NCBI RefSeq assembly: GCF_006345805.1
Contig: NC_042999.1
Location: 53,320,001-53,384,000 of the forward strand
Direction of reading: 5' to 3'
DNA from: Octopus sinensis
Lineage: Eukaryota
Length of the DNA: 64,000 bases
The position numbers and the translations under genes are program-made. Under the pieces are notes generated by a model. The model had not been told where the DNA came from and searched no databases. It saw nothing but the letters and a program-made list of their open reading frames with translations. This document shows, piece by piece, positions 1 to 14,703 of the stretch. How positions within the stretch are numbered: the first letter of the stretch is position 1; every line of letters begins with the position of its first letter.

Positions 1-213
1 CTATTGTTCCCTTTTGCCGAACTGCTAAGTCACAGGGACGTAAACACATCGGCATCGGTTGTCAAGCGATGGGTGGGTGGGGACAAACACGGACACACAC
101 ACACGTTTTTTAATTTTCCTCTGTTTACGGAATTACTACTATTTGTGGTTGAAGCCCTGGCTGCTTCTTCTAGTGGGTCGAACGGCCTATTATGGCCGCT
201 CCTCAAATTGTTG

Positions 214-248
<35 letters not shown>

Positions 249-766
249 AAAAAAGCAACAAGAATGGATTAAAATCTCGGTACGATCGTTTCGTACGAGG
301 ACATCTTTAATAAGCTACAAAAAATGCAGTGAATACAGATGGCTCGTACTCGTCAGCCGAAAAAATATCAGAGAATTCCCAAACATCAAAAGGGGTAGAT
401 ACAAAAGAGGTTGTAAGATTAACTGCATTGAAGAAAGTTCGATTCATGGAGATCCGATGAAAGGTTTTAAACCTATAGAATTTATGCATGTCTACATATA
501 GCTCATATTGAATATTTGATCAAGTTGTATGAAGAAAGTTTCGGATACAGTCATGCAAAATTTCTGAAAATCCGAGTAAGAGGCAAAGTGACTGCCACAT
601 CATGTAGAGGAAAGTCTGAGTCAAAACATAGTGACTGTCATATCGTGTAGAGGAACCGATTGTTATTGAAATTTACAAGAATATTCTTGTAAATCTTTAT
701 TTGCGGTAGAAGCTTTGGCTGTTATTTCTAGTGGGTGAATGGCCTATTATGGCCGTTCCTTAATTG

Positions 767-801
<35 letters not shown>

Positions 802-959
802 GGCTTCTTTCCGTTTTCATTTACCAAATCCACTCACAAGGCTTTGGTCGGCCCGCGGCTATAGTAGAAGACACTCGTCCAAGGTGCCACGCAGTAGGAC
901 TGAAGCCGGAACCATGTGGTTGGTTAGCAAACTACTTACCATGCAGCCACTCCTGCGCC
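1..959 (-). mobile_element. SINE family A copy split into 1-100 and 801-959 by an insertion
   Basis: Both pieces match the two halves of the intact copy at 20660-21052. Confidence 0.75.
275..362 (-). ncRNA. Minimal type I hammerhead ribozyme, canonical core
   Basis: Minus strand: stem I TTTCGG(362-357)/CCGAGA(280-275); CTGACGA (356-350); stem II GTACGAG(349-343)/CTCGTAC(299-293); GAAA (292-289); palindromic stem III ACGATCGT; GUA triplet ending at 281. Confidence 0.85.
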
Positions 960-3280
960 TGTATAGTTTATTTTGTTACAGTGCACCAAATGCATTTTTC
1001 CAATCAAAAGATTTTTTGAAATAAAATTTACGTCCGTTCTTTATTTTTAACTTAGAGTGTGTATTCAGGGATACTGGGTTGCGATTTCTTGCACTCTCTC
1101 AATTACATGGAAGTTTTCTCAAAAATTGTGCTGAACATTACTAGACAATGCTGGACATTACTGGGCAGTTCTGCACAGATAGAGTGATGCAGTCATGGAT
1201 TTCTTTCAACGACCTAACTACACAATTTCGCAACACCTAATGATCAAACAACTACGAATTTAAAACCAACCATCTACCTCTCTCACTCTCTCTTCTACTT
1301 TCTCTCTCTTTCTATTTGATTTTCTCTCTCTACCTATCTATTTGTCGATCTATCAGTTTACCTACCTACCTACCTGTCTATCCATTTATCTGTCATCTAC
1401 ACACAATCACACAAGCAGCCCAACTAAATTATTACGAGCACATTCTCTTATAGTAATTCTATAATGACATTAATCTCGTCATTCCGACCCCTTTCAGCAT
1501 TTATTCATCTATCTACTAATAATAAAACAGAAGGACTTAAGGCGACAAACTTCTATTGTTTTCCGTTTAACCCCGATGTCGAGTGTCATTCATATTGTCA
1601 GCCGATGAAATATAATTTTATCAATGCATTTGGCCAAACAAATCTTGCTGCCTTTAATATTCACGTCAGATTGGAACACCAGGTCTGGCGCACATGTACA
1701 TTTAGAATGGGAATATTTCATGTTAAAGATGTATGTTGAGTAGTATTTGTGTGGTAACACAGTATCTGAATAATAGACTGTTTGTAAAAGCTCAGTGATT
1801 GGGGAGAAATATTTCTTCTCTCAGTATTAATATGAATCGATAGTTACAGAATGATATTTAAATTGTGTCCATTTCAGAAATAATAACATGTACAACTAAC
1901 GTGTTCACATTCATGGTAGATGTTTCACAAGGAATTTATGTAGAAGGTTTGAAAATTTTATACAATTTTGTCGCAAAATAAAATTATAAATTGAACTGCA
2001 TCTATTCGCCATTAAATGCAGAAGGGAAACAATTGTTTACAATTTAGCGGTACGATGTGCGTTGCAACGGGTTGCGAAGACACTTAATGTACGATACATG
2101 TTATCTTATATACGAAGGGATTTTTGAGCTGTAATCTTTGACTATATATGTGGTGAGGTAACGTTTGCAATAGATAAGGAAAATGAGCAGTATTAAAAAG
2201 CTTTCACAGGGCATGGTTCACATTCTACATGTAAATATGGTTGATATGATTCCAGAAAGATTTGTGTCGAATTATTACAGCAAAAGTGAATTGGTACCAA
2301 GGTACCTAACTGAGCACGTACAGATAGCCATGTACTTAGAAATGTAAATACGGATTTGCCCTTCATGTTGTGCATACATTCACAACGTATACATAAGATT
2401 ACACAGGAGTATAATCCGACACGTATTTCACGGTCCGCTATAGGCTCAAGGTCCAACGCAGGAAAAGTTCCGAAAGTTGTGAGGTATAAACTATAACACA
2501 GATGGGCTGACTTTCACTACACATGTTTCAGAACAAAACGATTACATCGTGTAAAGGAACCGTTTTCTTTGGGTGAATTAAGAGTAAAATTAAGCTTCTA
2601 CAAATGTTCATACAAATAGTATAGAATGCATAGTGAACCTCTCATCTCGATTCCAGCAGAGAAAGTGAATAGGGAATGCTATTTCGCTGTTGAATATACA
2701 TGGTAGTAAATCTATCAACACGTTCAAGGAATTGAAATAGAGGAAGAAAAGGAAAGAGAAATAAGATGGGGAAAAGATAAAAAGAAGAAAAGGTAAAGAG
2801 AAAAAAAAACGATCATCCCACTTCAAGATGTCAATGGGTTTCTCTTGGGCCTAAGAGACAACAGGACAGAATGGCTCGCCAACAACTGCAAGTTATCAAG
2901 ATAAACAAGAATAAACAACTGTGAATAAAGTTAAAATCATATGAAGTAAAAAAAAAAAGAATCACCACAAAATAAGAGCAAATGAGACGCCAAGGAAGGG
3001 ACCATAAGTAGAAGGCAGCACACACAAACCCGAAAACACACGCATACGTATTCATGCATACATACATATATATGTGTGTGTGTGTGTGTGCTATATTGAT
3101 ATGGCGATAAACATTAATTCTCAGCAGAGTAACTACTTTTGTCTCTTATAGAGATTTTCGAGCTATATGTATATATATATATATATAGATATAAAAAGTT
3201 AATCCAAACAAGAAAACAAAAAGACAACAACGCAAGGATGTGGAACAAATAAAGTATTATTGGACGCTCAGGAAAGAAGG

Positions 3281-3364
<84 letters not shown>

Positions 3365-3365
3365 T

Positions 3366-3645
3366 GGAGGCATATGGACTAGTGGTCAGAGCAACAGACT
3401 CGCGGTCGAGGATCGCTAGCTCGAATCTCGGATCGGGCAATGTGTGTGCTTATGAGCGAAAAACATACGTTCCACGCGGCTCTGGTGGAAGGTATTGGCG
3501 AACTTCTGACTCTTTCGCCACAACTTTCTCTCACTCTTTCCTCCTGCATCTTGCAGCTCACCTGCGACGGACCGGCGTCCCATCCAGGTGGGGAACCTAT
3601 ACGCCAAGGAAACCGGCAAACCGGCCCTATGAGCTAGAAGGAAGA
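3366..3645 (+). mobile_element. tRNA-derived SINE, family B head, tail variant 1
   Basis: GGAGGCATATGGACTAGTGGTCAGAGCA...GCTCGAATCTCGG head; flanked by (TA)n. Confidence 0.75.
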
Positions 3646-3695
3646 ATATATATATATATATATATGTATATATGTGTGTGTATACATAAAAGCAC

Positions 3696-3731
<36 letters not shown>

Positions 3732-3975
3732 ATACATAAAAGCACATATATATATATATATGTGTGTGTGTGTGTATACATAAAAGCACATATATATATA
3801 TGTGTGTGTGTGTGTGTATACATAAAAGCACATATATATATATATATGTGTGTGTGTGTATACATAAAAGCACACATATAGAGAGACACACACATATATA
3901 CACACACGCGTGTAAACACACATATATATATACACACGCGCGTGTAAACACACACACATATATATATATATATGA
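3646..3975. repeat. Minisatellite: five copies of ATACATAAAAGCAC separated by (TA)n(TG)n
   Basis: Repeated unit visible at 3680-3875. Confidence 0.9.
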
Positions 3976-5299
3976 GCAACGACATTTCGTTTCACGTACA
4001 TATCACGCAGAATATGTGCATGTATATGTATATATTTGTATGTGTGTGTATGTGGATATGCATATATATATATATGTGTGTGTTTAGATGAATACATATG
4101 TAACAGTACCATATATATATATGTATTATATAGATATACATGCATATGTATTATATACATGTACATGCACCACTACATATGTATGTGTTGTGTGTGCATT
4201 TAATGAGAGCGAAAAGAGAAGAGAGGGAACGATCAATCTGACTAGAGAGAGACGTGTAATCAGTGTCACTGAATTTATTTATGTTTAACAGTTCTGTACT
4301 ACTTTGCTCTGGGGAAAACTAATTTGCCATATTCTTCAGCTCCTTGAAAGCACTGTCCAAGCTTGAAATTATCGGTATTTCTTATTAATTGATCTCAGTC
4401 AATGATCACTCGATCCAGCTTTACTATGAAAGGAAAACAGCTTAAAGCCAGATAAACAAGGCTTCGCATATTATACGTGGCTCAGCTAAATTCATTATGG
4501 TGTTCTTTGGACAAATCTTAATATATATTATGAATAGAGAGTCACTGCAGAAATAGATATATGTATGTGTGTTTGTGTCTGTGCACACACACATACACCC
4601 ATACTATACATACATATACACATTTTTAACTCATACACGCAGACGCAATCACTCCGTAAACGCAGATGCATACACATTCCATTTGCATATACGTATACAC
4701 TTGCGCGTGTATAGTCGTTTGTTTTTCATTTGTTTATGACATTTAAAGATTTTCCCCGTTCTATCAAATTATAGCACTTTTAAGAAATGAAATATGTCAG
4801 TGTCTACATCTCTGCTTCAGAACAGTACATCATGAAGAAGTTCAATAACCTGGCTTGCAAATACTTCAAAGGTCACCAACACCTTGTGAGAAAATGAGTT
4901 TTTTTTTCTTAAATATGTTCATATGTATAAAATGGGAGGAAAAATGAAAGAGAGGAAAAAAAACAATTCGTAATGAAATTTCAATGAATTGACCACATCG
5001 ATTTGGAACGAAACCTCTCTTTCTCTCGCTCTATCTATCTATCTACATATATATATATATATGTACAGGTTACAAATTCTGTTTGTTTGTGGAGACATTT
5101 TATTAGTAGAGGAAATAGTGATCAATTTTGGCTGCTATTTCTAATATTTTCGGTATATGGTTTTGAGGAACTTGTTGCAATTAACCCTTAATTATAATTA
5201 TTATAACCCTTACCAAATATGGTCTTTTCCATACCGATAAATCTACTAGGTGAAATTTATTAATTTTATTAAATTAATTATATTCCACCCTTTTTTTGC

Positions 5300-5347
<48 letters not shown>

Positions 5348-6212
5348 GCTATCTATGACCTCGCTAGTCTATTTTAGTGATTAGAGTAAACAATTAGACG
5401 TAGGTGTATTTCACGGAACGAGTAGGATTTAACGGTTTGAATGTTTACCAGGATGTGCGCGCTATTAGACCGATGACGTAAACCACACTCCATACGTCAT
5501 CAAGGCCATGATACCAAAATATACTCAGTAAAACAACAAAGCATCATTGAATTTCTAACAAGGATACAAATGTAAGAAATATATGACTAAGTATTCTTTT
5601 TTTTTTTTTTTGTTGAAACAGAAACAATAAACAGCATAACGTGATAAGATATGTTTATGTGGTTTTACTTCCTATGAAATATCAACGTGAATGTAATTAT
5701 GCACGCTAAAGTGCAGGCATTGCCATTTACACATTTATTTAATGTGTGTGTGTGTGTGCGTGTGAACCTTCATAAGATAAAATAGAAGCGAATAGCAATT
5801 TTGTTTAGTTGTATTTTTGTCTTTGCATATGGTTTATTTAATTTTAGTTTAAGGCAATAAATATTTTTCTTTCAACAATCAGTATTCGTTTCATCATTTT
5901 CTATAAGCCCCAAGAAATTTAAGAAAAGCTAACTTATAATTATTGTACGTGTGCCATATTTCCAGATAGTATCCATAAAACAAATGTGTGTTTCCAAACG
6001 TTCCGTGTCTCTAGTAATACATTAGTTTTTTTATGGATATATATAATCACGTTTCTATTGTCATATTGTTTCATTAAGCAAAGAAATCGTAATGCATTTG
6101 TGTACGTTTGAGTTTCTGGCAAGCTTCGATAAAAGTTTCAAAAGCTGGTCAGATCATAGCGAGCTCTCACTGTAGAATTTTAACTCAGCCTCTCTACTGC
6201 CTTCATACAATA

Positions 6213-6447
6213 CTTATTTCTTTACTACCCACAATGGGCTAACCACAGAGAGGACAAACAAGGACAGACAAACGGATTAAGTCGATTATATCGACCACAG
6301 TGCGTAACAGGTACTTATTTAATCGACCCCGAAAGGAAGAAAGGCAAAGTCGACCTCGACGGAATTGGAACTCAGAACGTAGCGGCAGACGAAATATTGC
6401 TAAGCATTTCGCCCTGCGTGCTAACGTTTTTGCCAGCTCGCCGCCTT
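6213..6447 (-). mobile_element. SINE family C with 17-bp target-site duplication
   Basis: TSD TGCCTTCATACAATACT at 6198-6214 and 6447-6463; homologous to 36086-36320. Confidence 0.9.
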
Positions 6448-6589
6448 GCCTTCATACAATACTATAAACGCTTTGAATGGAGTTTGTGTTTTACGGAGAA
6501 TAAAACATTTGCCTCTGCTTCCGGTTTATAATTAATTATTTTTGCAGCTTTATTGTGATTTGCAATATTTGTAATTATAATTATAACAC

Positions 6590-6687
6590 ATGCACACATA
6601 CATATATATATACACAAATACATACATAACGCTCATGTGAACATATATATATATATATGTATGTATGTATATATATATATATGTATG

Positions 6688-6721
<34 letters not shown>

Positions 6722-6806
6722 TGTATGTATGTATGTATATACATATGTATGTATGTATGTATGTATGTATATACATATGTATGTATGTATGTATGTATGT
6801 ATATAC

Positions 6807-6837
<31 letters not shown>

Positions 6838-6842
6838 TATAC

Positions 6843-6873
<31 letters not shown>

Positions 6874-6878
6874 TATAC

Positions 6879-6909
<31 letters not shown>

Positions 6910-7850
6910 TGTATGTATGTATGTATGTATGTATGTATGTATGTATGTATGTATGTATGTATATACATATGTATGTATGTATATACATATGTATGTATGT
7001 ATATACATATGTATGTATGTATATACATATGTATGTATGTATATACATATGTATGTATGTACATATGTATGTATGTATGTATGTATGTATATACATATGT
7101 ATGTATATACATATGTATGTATGTATATATGTATGTATGTATGTATATATATATGTATGTATGTATGTATGTATATATGTATGTATATATGTATGTATAT
7201 ATGTATGTATATATGTGTATATGTATGTATGTATATATATGTATGTATGTATGTATGTATATGTATGTATATATATGTATATATGTGTATATATATGTAT
7301 ATATGTATGTATATATATGTATATATGTATGTATATATATGTATATATGTATGTATATATATGTATATATGTATGTATATATATGTATATATGTATGTAT
7401 ATATGTATGTATGTATGTATATATATATGTATGTATAATATATATATATGTATGTATATATATATGTATGTATATATATATATTATGTTATATATAAATA
7501 TATATGTATGTATGTATTGTATATATATATGTATGTTATATATATATGTATATATATATGTATGTATATATATATGTATATATATATTGTATGTATATAT
7601 ATATATGTATATGTTATATATGTATGTATATATATATGTATATATATATATATGTATGTAATATATATGTTATATATATAAGGTTATATATATATATGTA
7701 TGTATATATATATGTATATATAATTGTATGTATAATATATATATATATGTATGTATATATATATATATATATTGTTGTATATATATATATATATGTATGA
7801 TTATAATATATATATGTATGGATATATCTATATTATGTATTGTATTTTTG

Positions 7851-7885
<35 letters not shown>

Positions 7886-9444
7886 GTATGTATATATATA
7901 TATATATGTATGTATATATATATATGTATTGTATATATATGTATATAGTATGTATATATATATGTATATATATATGTATATATATATGTATATATTAATA
8001 TATGTATATATATAATATGATATATATATATAGTATATATATATATATGTATATATATATAATATATGTATAATATATTATAGTATTATTATATATATGT
8101 ATATATATATATATGTATTATATATATATGTATATATATATGTATAATATATATATGTAGTATATATATATATGTATATATATATGTATATGTTCTATAT
8201 ATATATGTATATATATGTATATATATATGTATATATATATGTATGTATATATATATGTATGTATATATATGTATATATATATGTATGTTATATGTATGTA
8301 TATATATGTATATATATATATATGTATGTATATATATATATATATATGTATGTATATATGTATGTATATATATATGTATATATATATGTATATATATATG
8401 TATATATATATGTATGTATATATATATGTATATATATATGTATATATATATATGTATTATGTATGTATATGTATGTATATATATATGTATGTATATATGT
8501 ATGTATATATATATGTATGTATATGTATGTATATATATATGTATCTATATATGTATGTATATATATATGTTTATAATATATGTATTGTATATATATATGT
8601 ATGATATATTGTAGATATATAGTTATATATATATGTATCTATATATGTATGATATTATATGTATATATAATGTATGATATTATATATATATAATGTATGT
8701 ATATATATATGTATATATATGATATAATATATATATGTATATATATATATATATAGAATGTATGTATATATATATGTATGTATATATAGATGTATATTAT
8801 GTATGTATATATATATGTATATATATGTATGTATATATATATGTATATTATGTATGTATATATATATGTATAGTATGATGTATATATATAGGTATATATA
8901 TGTATGTATATATTATGTATATATGTATGTATAATATATGTATTATATGTATGTATATATATATGTATGTTATATATATGTATATATGTATGTATATATA
9001 TATGTATGTATTATATATATATGTATATATGTATGTAATATATATGTATATATATGTATAATATATCATATATGTATGTATGGATATATATGTATGTATA
9101 TATATATGTATATATATGTATATATATATATATATATATGTATGTATATATAGTTATATAGTATATATATATAATCTATGTATGTATCTATATAGTATTG
9201 TAATATATATATATATATGTATGTATTATATGTCGTATAATATATATTATGTATGTATATATATGTATATTATCTTATGTATGTATATATGTATATATAT
9301 ATATATATATGTATGTATATATATGTTAATATATCTTTATTATGTATATGTATATATATATATATATTATATATGTATGTATATATATGTAGTATGATAT
9401 ATATGTATGTTATATATATGTATATATTATATGTTATATATATC

Positions 9445-9480
<36 letters not shown>

Positions 9481-10997
9481 TGTATATATATATATATATA
9501 TGTAGTATATATATGTATGTATATATTATGTATATAATATATATATATGTATGTATATATATATGTATAATATATATATAGATTGTATATATATATGTAA
9601 TATATATTATGTATGTATGTATATATAATGTATATATATATATAATGTATGTATATATATATGTATATATATAATATATATGTATGAATATATATATGTA
9701 TATATATGTATGTATTATATATGTATAATATATATATATGTATGATATATATATGTATATATATATATATATATGTATGTATATATATATGTATATATAT
9801 AATATATATGTATGTATATATATAGTTATATATATATATATGTAGTATATAATATATTATATATATAATATATATGTATGTATATATATATGTATATGTA
9901 TGTATAGTATGTATATATATATGTATATATATGTATATCTATATATTGTATATATATATATGTATATGTATGTATATATATATGTATATATATGTATATG
10001 ATTATATGTATATGTATATATATGTAGTTATGTATGTATATATATATGTATATATATGTAATGTCTATTCTAGTATATGTATATGTATTATATGTATATG
10101 TATATGTATATATATGTATATATTATATATATGTATATGTATATCTCTATATATATGTATATGTATATATATGTATATGTATATGTATATATATGTATAT
10201 ATATATGTATATATATAGTATATATAGTATTATATATATGTATAGATATGTATTATATATGTATATATATGTATATGTATATGTATATATTGTATATATA
10301 TATGTATATATATGTTATTATGTATATGTATTGTATATATATATATGGATATATATTATGTATATATTGTATATATATAGTGTTATATATCTATATATTA
10401 TGTATATATATATATATGTATGTATATATGATATTGTATGTATAAATATATATATGTATGTATATATATATATATGTATGTATATATATATATAGGTATG
10501 TATATATATATACTGTATGTAATATATATATAATATATGTATGTATATATATATATATGTATGTATATATATATATATTGTATATATATATTATATAGTT
10601 AAATATATAATATGTATGTATATATATATATGTATGTATATATATATATGTAGTATCGGATATATATATGTATATATTATTTTGTATGTATATATATGTA
10701 TGTATAATATATATAGGATGTATATATATATATATGTATGTGTATTATATATGTATTGTATATTATATATATAGTTAATATATAGTTATGTATGTATATA
10801 TTGTATATATATATGTATGTATATATGTATGTATATATGTATGTATATATGTAGTATATATGTATGTAGTATATATGTATGTATATATGTATGTATGTAT
10901 ATATGTATGTATATATGTATGTATATATGTATGTATATATGTATGTATATATGTATGTATTGTATATATGTATGTTATATGTATGTATATATGTATG

Positions 10998-11030
<33 letters not shown>

Positions 11031-12481
11031 GTATTTATATATATATGATATGTATATTATGTATGTATATATGTATGTATATATGTATGTATATATATAT
11101 ATGTATGTATATATGTATGTATATATTATATATATATATATATGTATGTATTATGTATGTATGTATTATGTATGTATTATATATATACATATGTATGTAT
11201 ATATATATAATATGTATGTATATATATATGTATGTATATATACACATATGTATGTATATATATATACATATGTATGTATATATATATATACAATGTATGT
11301 ATATATATATTGTATGTATATATATACATATGTATGTATATATATATACATATGTATGTATATATATATACATATGTATGTATATATTAATATGTATTAT
11401 ATATAATGTATGTATGTATATACATATGTATGTATGTATATATATACATATGTATGTATGTATATATATACATATGTATGTATGTATATATATATACATA
11501 TGTATGTATGTATATATATATACATATGTATGTATGTATATATATATACATATGTATGTATGTATATATATATACATATGTATGTATGTATATATATATA
11601 CATATGTATGTATGTATATATATATACATATGTATGTATGTATATATATATACATATGTATGTATATATATATACATATGTATGTATGTATATATATATA
11701 CATATGTATGTATGTATATATATATATGTATGTATGTATATATACATATGTATGTATGTATATATATACATATGTATGTATGTATATATATATACATATG
11801 TATGTATGTATATATATATACATATGTATGTATGTATATATATACATATGTATGTATGTATATATATATATATGTATGTATGTATATATATATATGTATG
11901 TATGTATATATGTATATGTATGTGTATATATATATGTATGTGTATATATATATGTATGTGTGTATATATATCTGTATGTGTATATATAGATAGGTATGTG
12001 TATATGTATTGTATATATATCTATGTATGTATATATATATATGTATGTATATAATCTATATATATGTATGTATCTATATATGTATGTAATATATATATAT
12101 AGTATGTATATATATATGTATGTATACATATATATATATGTATGGATATATATATATATTATGTACGTATATCTATATATATATGTAGTATATATATATG
12201 TATGTATGTATATATATATATGTATGTATATATATATATGATGTGTAATATATATGTATGTATTATATATATGTATGTATATATATATAATATGTATCTG
12301 TGTATATATAATGTATGTATAATATATATGTATGTATATATGTCTATATGTATTATATATATGTATGATATATAGGTATGTATATATATATATGTATGTA
12401 TATGTATGTATGTATTATATGTATGTATGTATGTATATGTATGTTATTTGTATATGTATGTCTATATATATGTATGTATAT

Positions 12482-12514
<33 letters not shown>

Positions 12515-12897
12515 TATATATATGTATTATATATTATATATATGTATATGTATATGTATATGTATATCTATATATGTGTATATGTATATATATGTGTATA
12601 TGTCTATATATGTGTTATGTATATATATGTGTATATTATTATATATGTATATGTATATATGTATATGTATATATGTATATATATGTATATGTATATATAT
12701 GTATATATATATATGTGTATATGTATATATATGTATATATATATATGTATATATATATATGTATATATATATATGTATATATATATATGTATATATGTAT
12801 ATATATATATGTATATATGTATATATATGTATATGTATATATGTATATGTATATATTTATATATATGTATATGTATATATATGTATATGTATATATT
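6590..12897. repeat. ~6.3-kb compound (TA)n/(TATG)n microsatellite array
   Basis: Almost pure A/T/G alternation, with higher-order units built on CATATG-(TATG)n-(TA)n. Confidence 0.99.
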
Positions 12898-12899
12898 GA

Positions 12900-14476
12900 T
12901 TCTATTGATTGATTCTATTGATTCTAGTTTCAGCTTATGAGCTGTGGCCATGCTGGGGCACCGCCATTTGGTGTTGCTACTTGGTTTCACTTCATGGAGG
13001 CTTTCTAGCAACTGCTATTTGGTGCATGAGAGAGTTCGATGCAGCTGCCCTCATCTGCCCCTCCTGCCGTGAAGTTGGTTCATCTGGGACACCTGACAGG
13101 AAGAGATCCAGCTTCATTTAAAGACATCTGTATCCAACCCATGCAGGTCTCTCAGGTTCTCGGGAGGATATTGAAGAGCTGTGGCCTCGGAAGCCCAGGC
13201 TATCCAGAATCTTGTCCTACAATCTTGATGGCAGTTTGGAGTCCTAGGCACCACGCAGTGGCGCCCAGTTCTGGCATTTGCGTAACTCTCGATGCCAAAG
13301 TTCAGGACACTTCCCTCCAGGATCTTCCAGATGTATATTATGGCATATCTTTCCCGCCTACGCTCCAGAGAATATAATTTTAATCTCTTGAGTCCTTCCC
13401 AGTAGCTTACATTCTGCATAGAGGCTATCTTCTTTGTGTAGCTTCGTTGGATCGCCTCAAGTTCTGTGATCAACTTGACACTGGATGGTGACCATAGCTG
13501 AGAGCAATAGTCAAAGTGGCTTAGGACAAGTGTTTTCCAGAGGACCATCATGGTTTTTTGTTCTCTTGTTCTAAAAGTTCTAAGAATCCATCCAGCCAGC
13601 CGTCTACATTTCATTGTCAGTTTAGCAACATGTACATGAAAGGTCGCGTATCACTCATGTGAATACCCAGGTCACGCATGATTGTGCCTCTGGGATTGCA
13701 ATCCCTCCGGGTCCAGTGTATTCATGGGTATTGCATTCAGCTTTGCATGCTGATAGTATAATATAAAGCTTGAAACTTTCCAGCATTGAACTGCATGCTA
13801 TTCTTTTCAGCCCACTTGTATATTTCGTCCAGCTCACATTGCAGGTGTTTAGTGTCCTCAGGGTTCTGTATTGCCTGTGAAACTTTGTATCATCTGCATA
13901 ACTTGTGATCGTGCTCTCTGCGTGGCTGAGGGCATGTCTGAGAGGGCCATTATGAACAGTAGTGGTCCCAGAACAGTGCCCTGCGGAACACCGCTCACTA
14001 TTTGTGTGTTAATGGAGGTGGCCCCATGGCTACTACCACCTGACTTCTATCCTTCAGAAAGTCATGAAGCCATTCTCCCAGTTTTCCAACTTTGTTGAGA
14101 TCACGCAGTTTGTTACATATCATTCCATGATCGACTTTATCAAAGGCCTTTGCAAAGTCGAGATATATCACTTTCCACATTTGAGTGGTTGAGCAGCCGT
14201 TTCAGCACCCAGTCATAGTGTTGTAGGAGCTGAGTTTAAACAGCTTCTCCCTGGTCGGAAACCATGTTGGGTGTCGGGCAGCAAGTCATTCTCTTCAAGG
14301 AAGGTGATCAGCTTCCTTCTGACTATTCGTTCCATGACCTTGCTGAGGTGTGAGGTCAGAGAGATAGGTCTATAGTTCTTGGCTTCCGCTCTGCTACCTC
14401 CTTTATGAAAGGGGCATATTTTTTACCTTCCTTCAGCTCTGAAAGAGGAACTGCAGTGGTCTTGCTAGGACTCTGT
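12900..14476 (-). mobile_element. L2/CR1-like LINE, frameshifted RT through 3' end
   Basis: Minus-strand peptides IYLDFAKAFDKVDHG, SGVPQGTVLGPLLFIM, YADDTKV, HFDYCSQLWSP, LEAIQRSYTK, LYSLERRRERY; multiple frameshifts; ends in short AATCAATAG repeats; cut by the gap. Confidence 0.92.
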
Positions 14477-14576
14477 NNNNNNNNNNNNNNNNNNNNNNNN
14501 NNNNNNNNNNNNNNNNNNNNNNNNNNNNNNNNNNNNNNNNNNNNNNNNNNNNNNNNNNNNNNNNNNNNNNNNNNNN
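14477..14576. other. Assembly gap (100 N)
   Basis: Run of N between the LINE fragment and the GPCR 5' region. Confidence 1.
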
Positions 14577-14703
14577 ATAAGTGTATGCATGTTCAAAATA
14601 TGTACGCATTACATAATAATGCTTTAATTTCACAAGGATAACCTCACAGTAACTGTTGAGAATTTAAACATTGAGATCTGCTGGCAATTCATTGACAACA
14701 AAT

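Noticed and set aside
4-501. 165-aa ORF
   Set aside because: Runs through a SINE, a microsatellite and the antisense of the ribozyme element; no recognisable domain.
3660-3880. CRISPR-like repeat-spacer appearance
   Set aside because: The spacers are just (TA)n(TG)n; eukaryotic minisatellite with no cas genes.
6550-12940. Many long ORFs rich in Y/I/C/M/V/H/T
   Set aside because: Translations of (TA)/(TATG) microsatellites that lack stop codons; the same applies near 3400-4200, 25000, 39000-41000 and 56100-56500.
14671-14703. TTG start extending the GPCR N-terminus
   Set aside because: A non-ATG start is unlikely in an animal gene; ATG at 14704 or 14761 is preferred.
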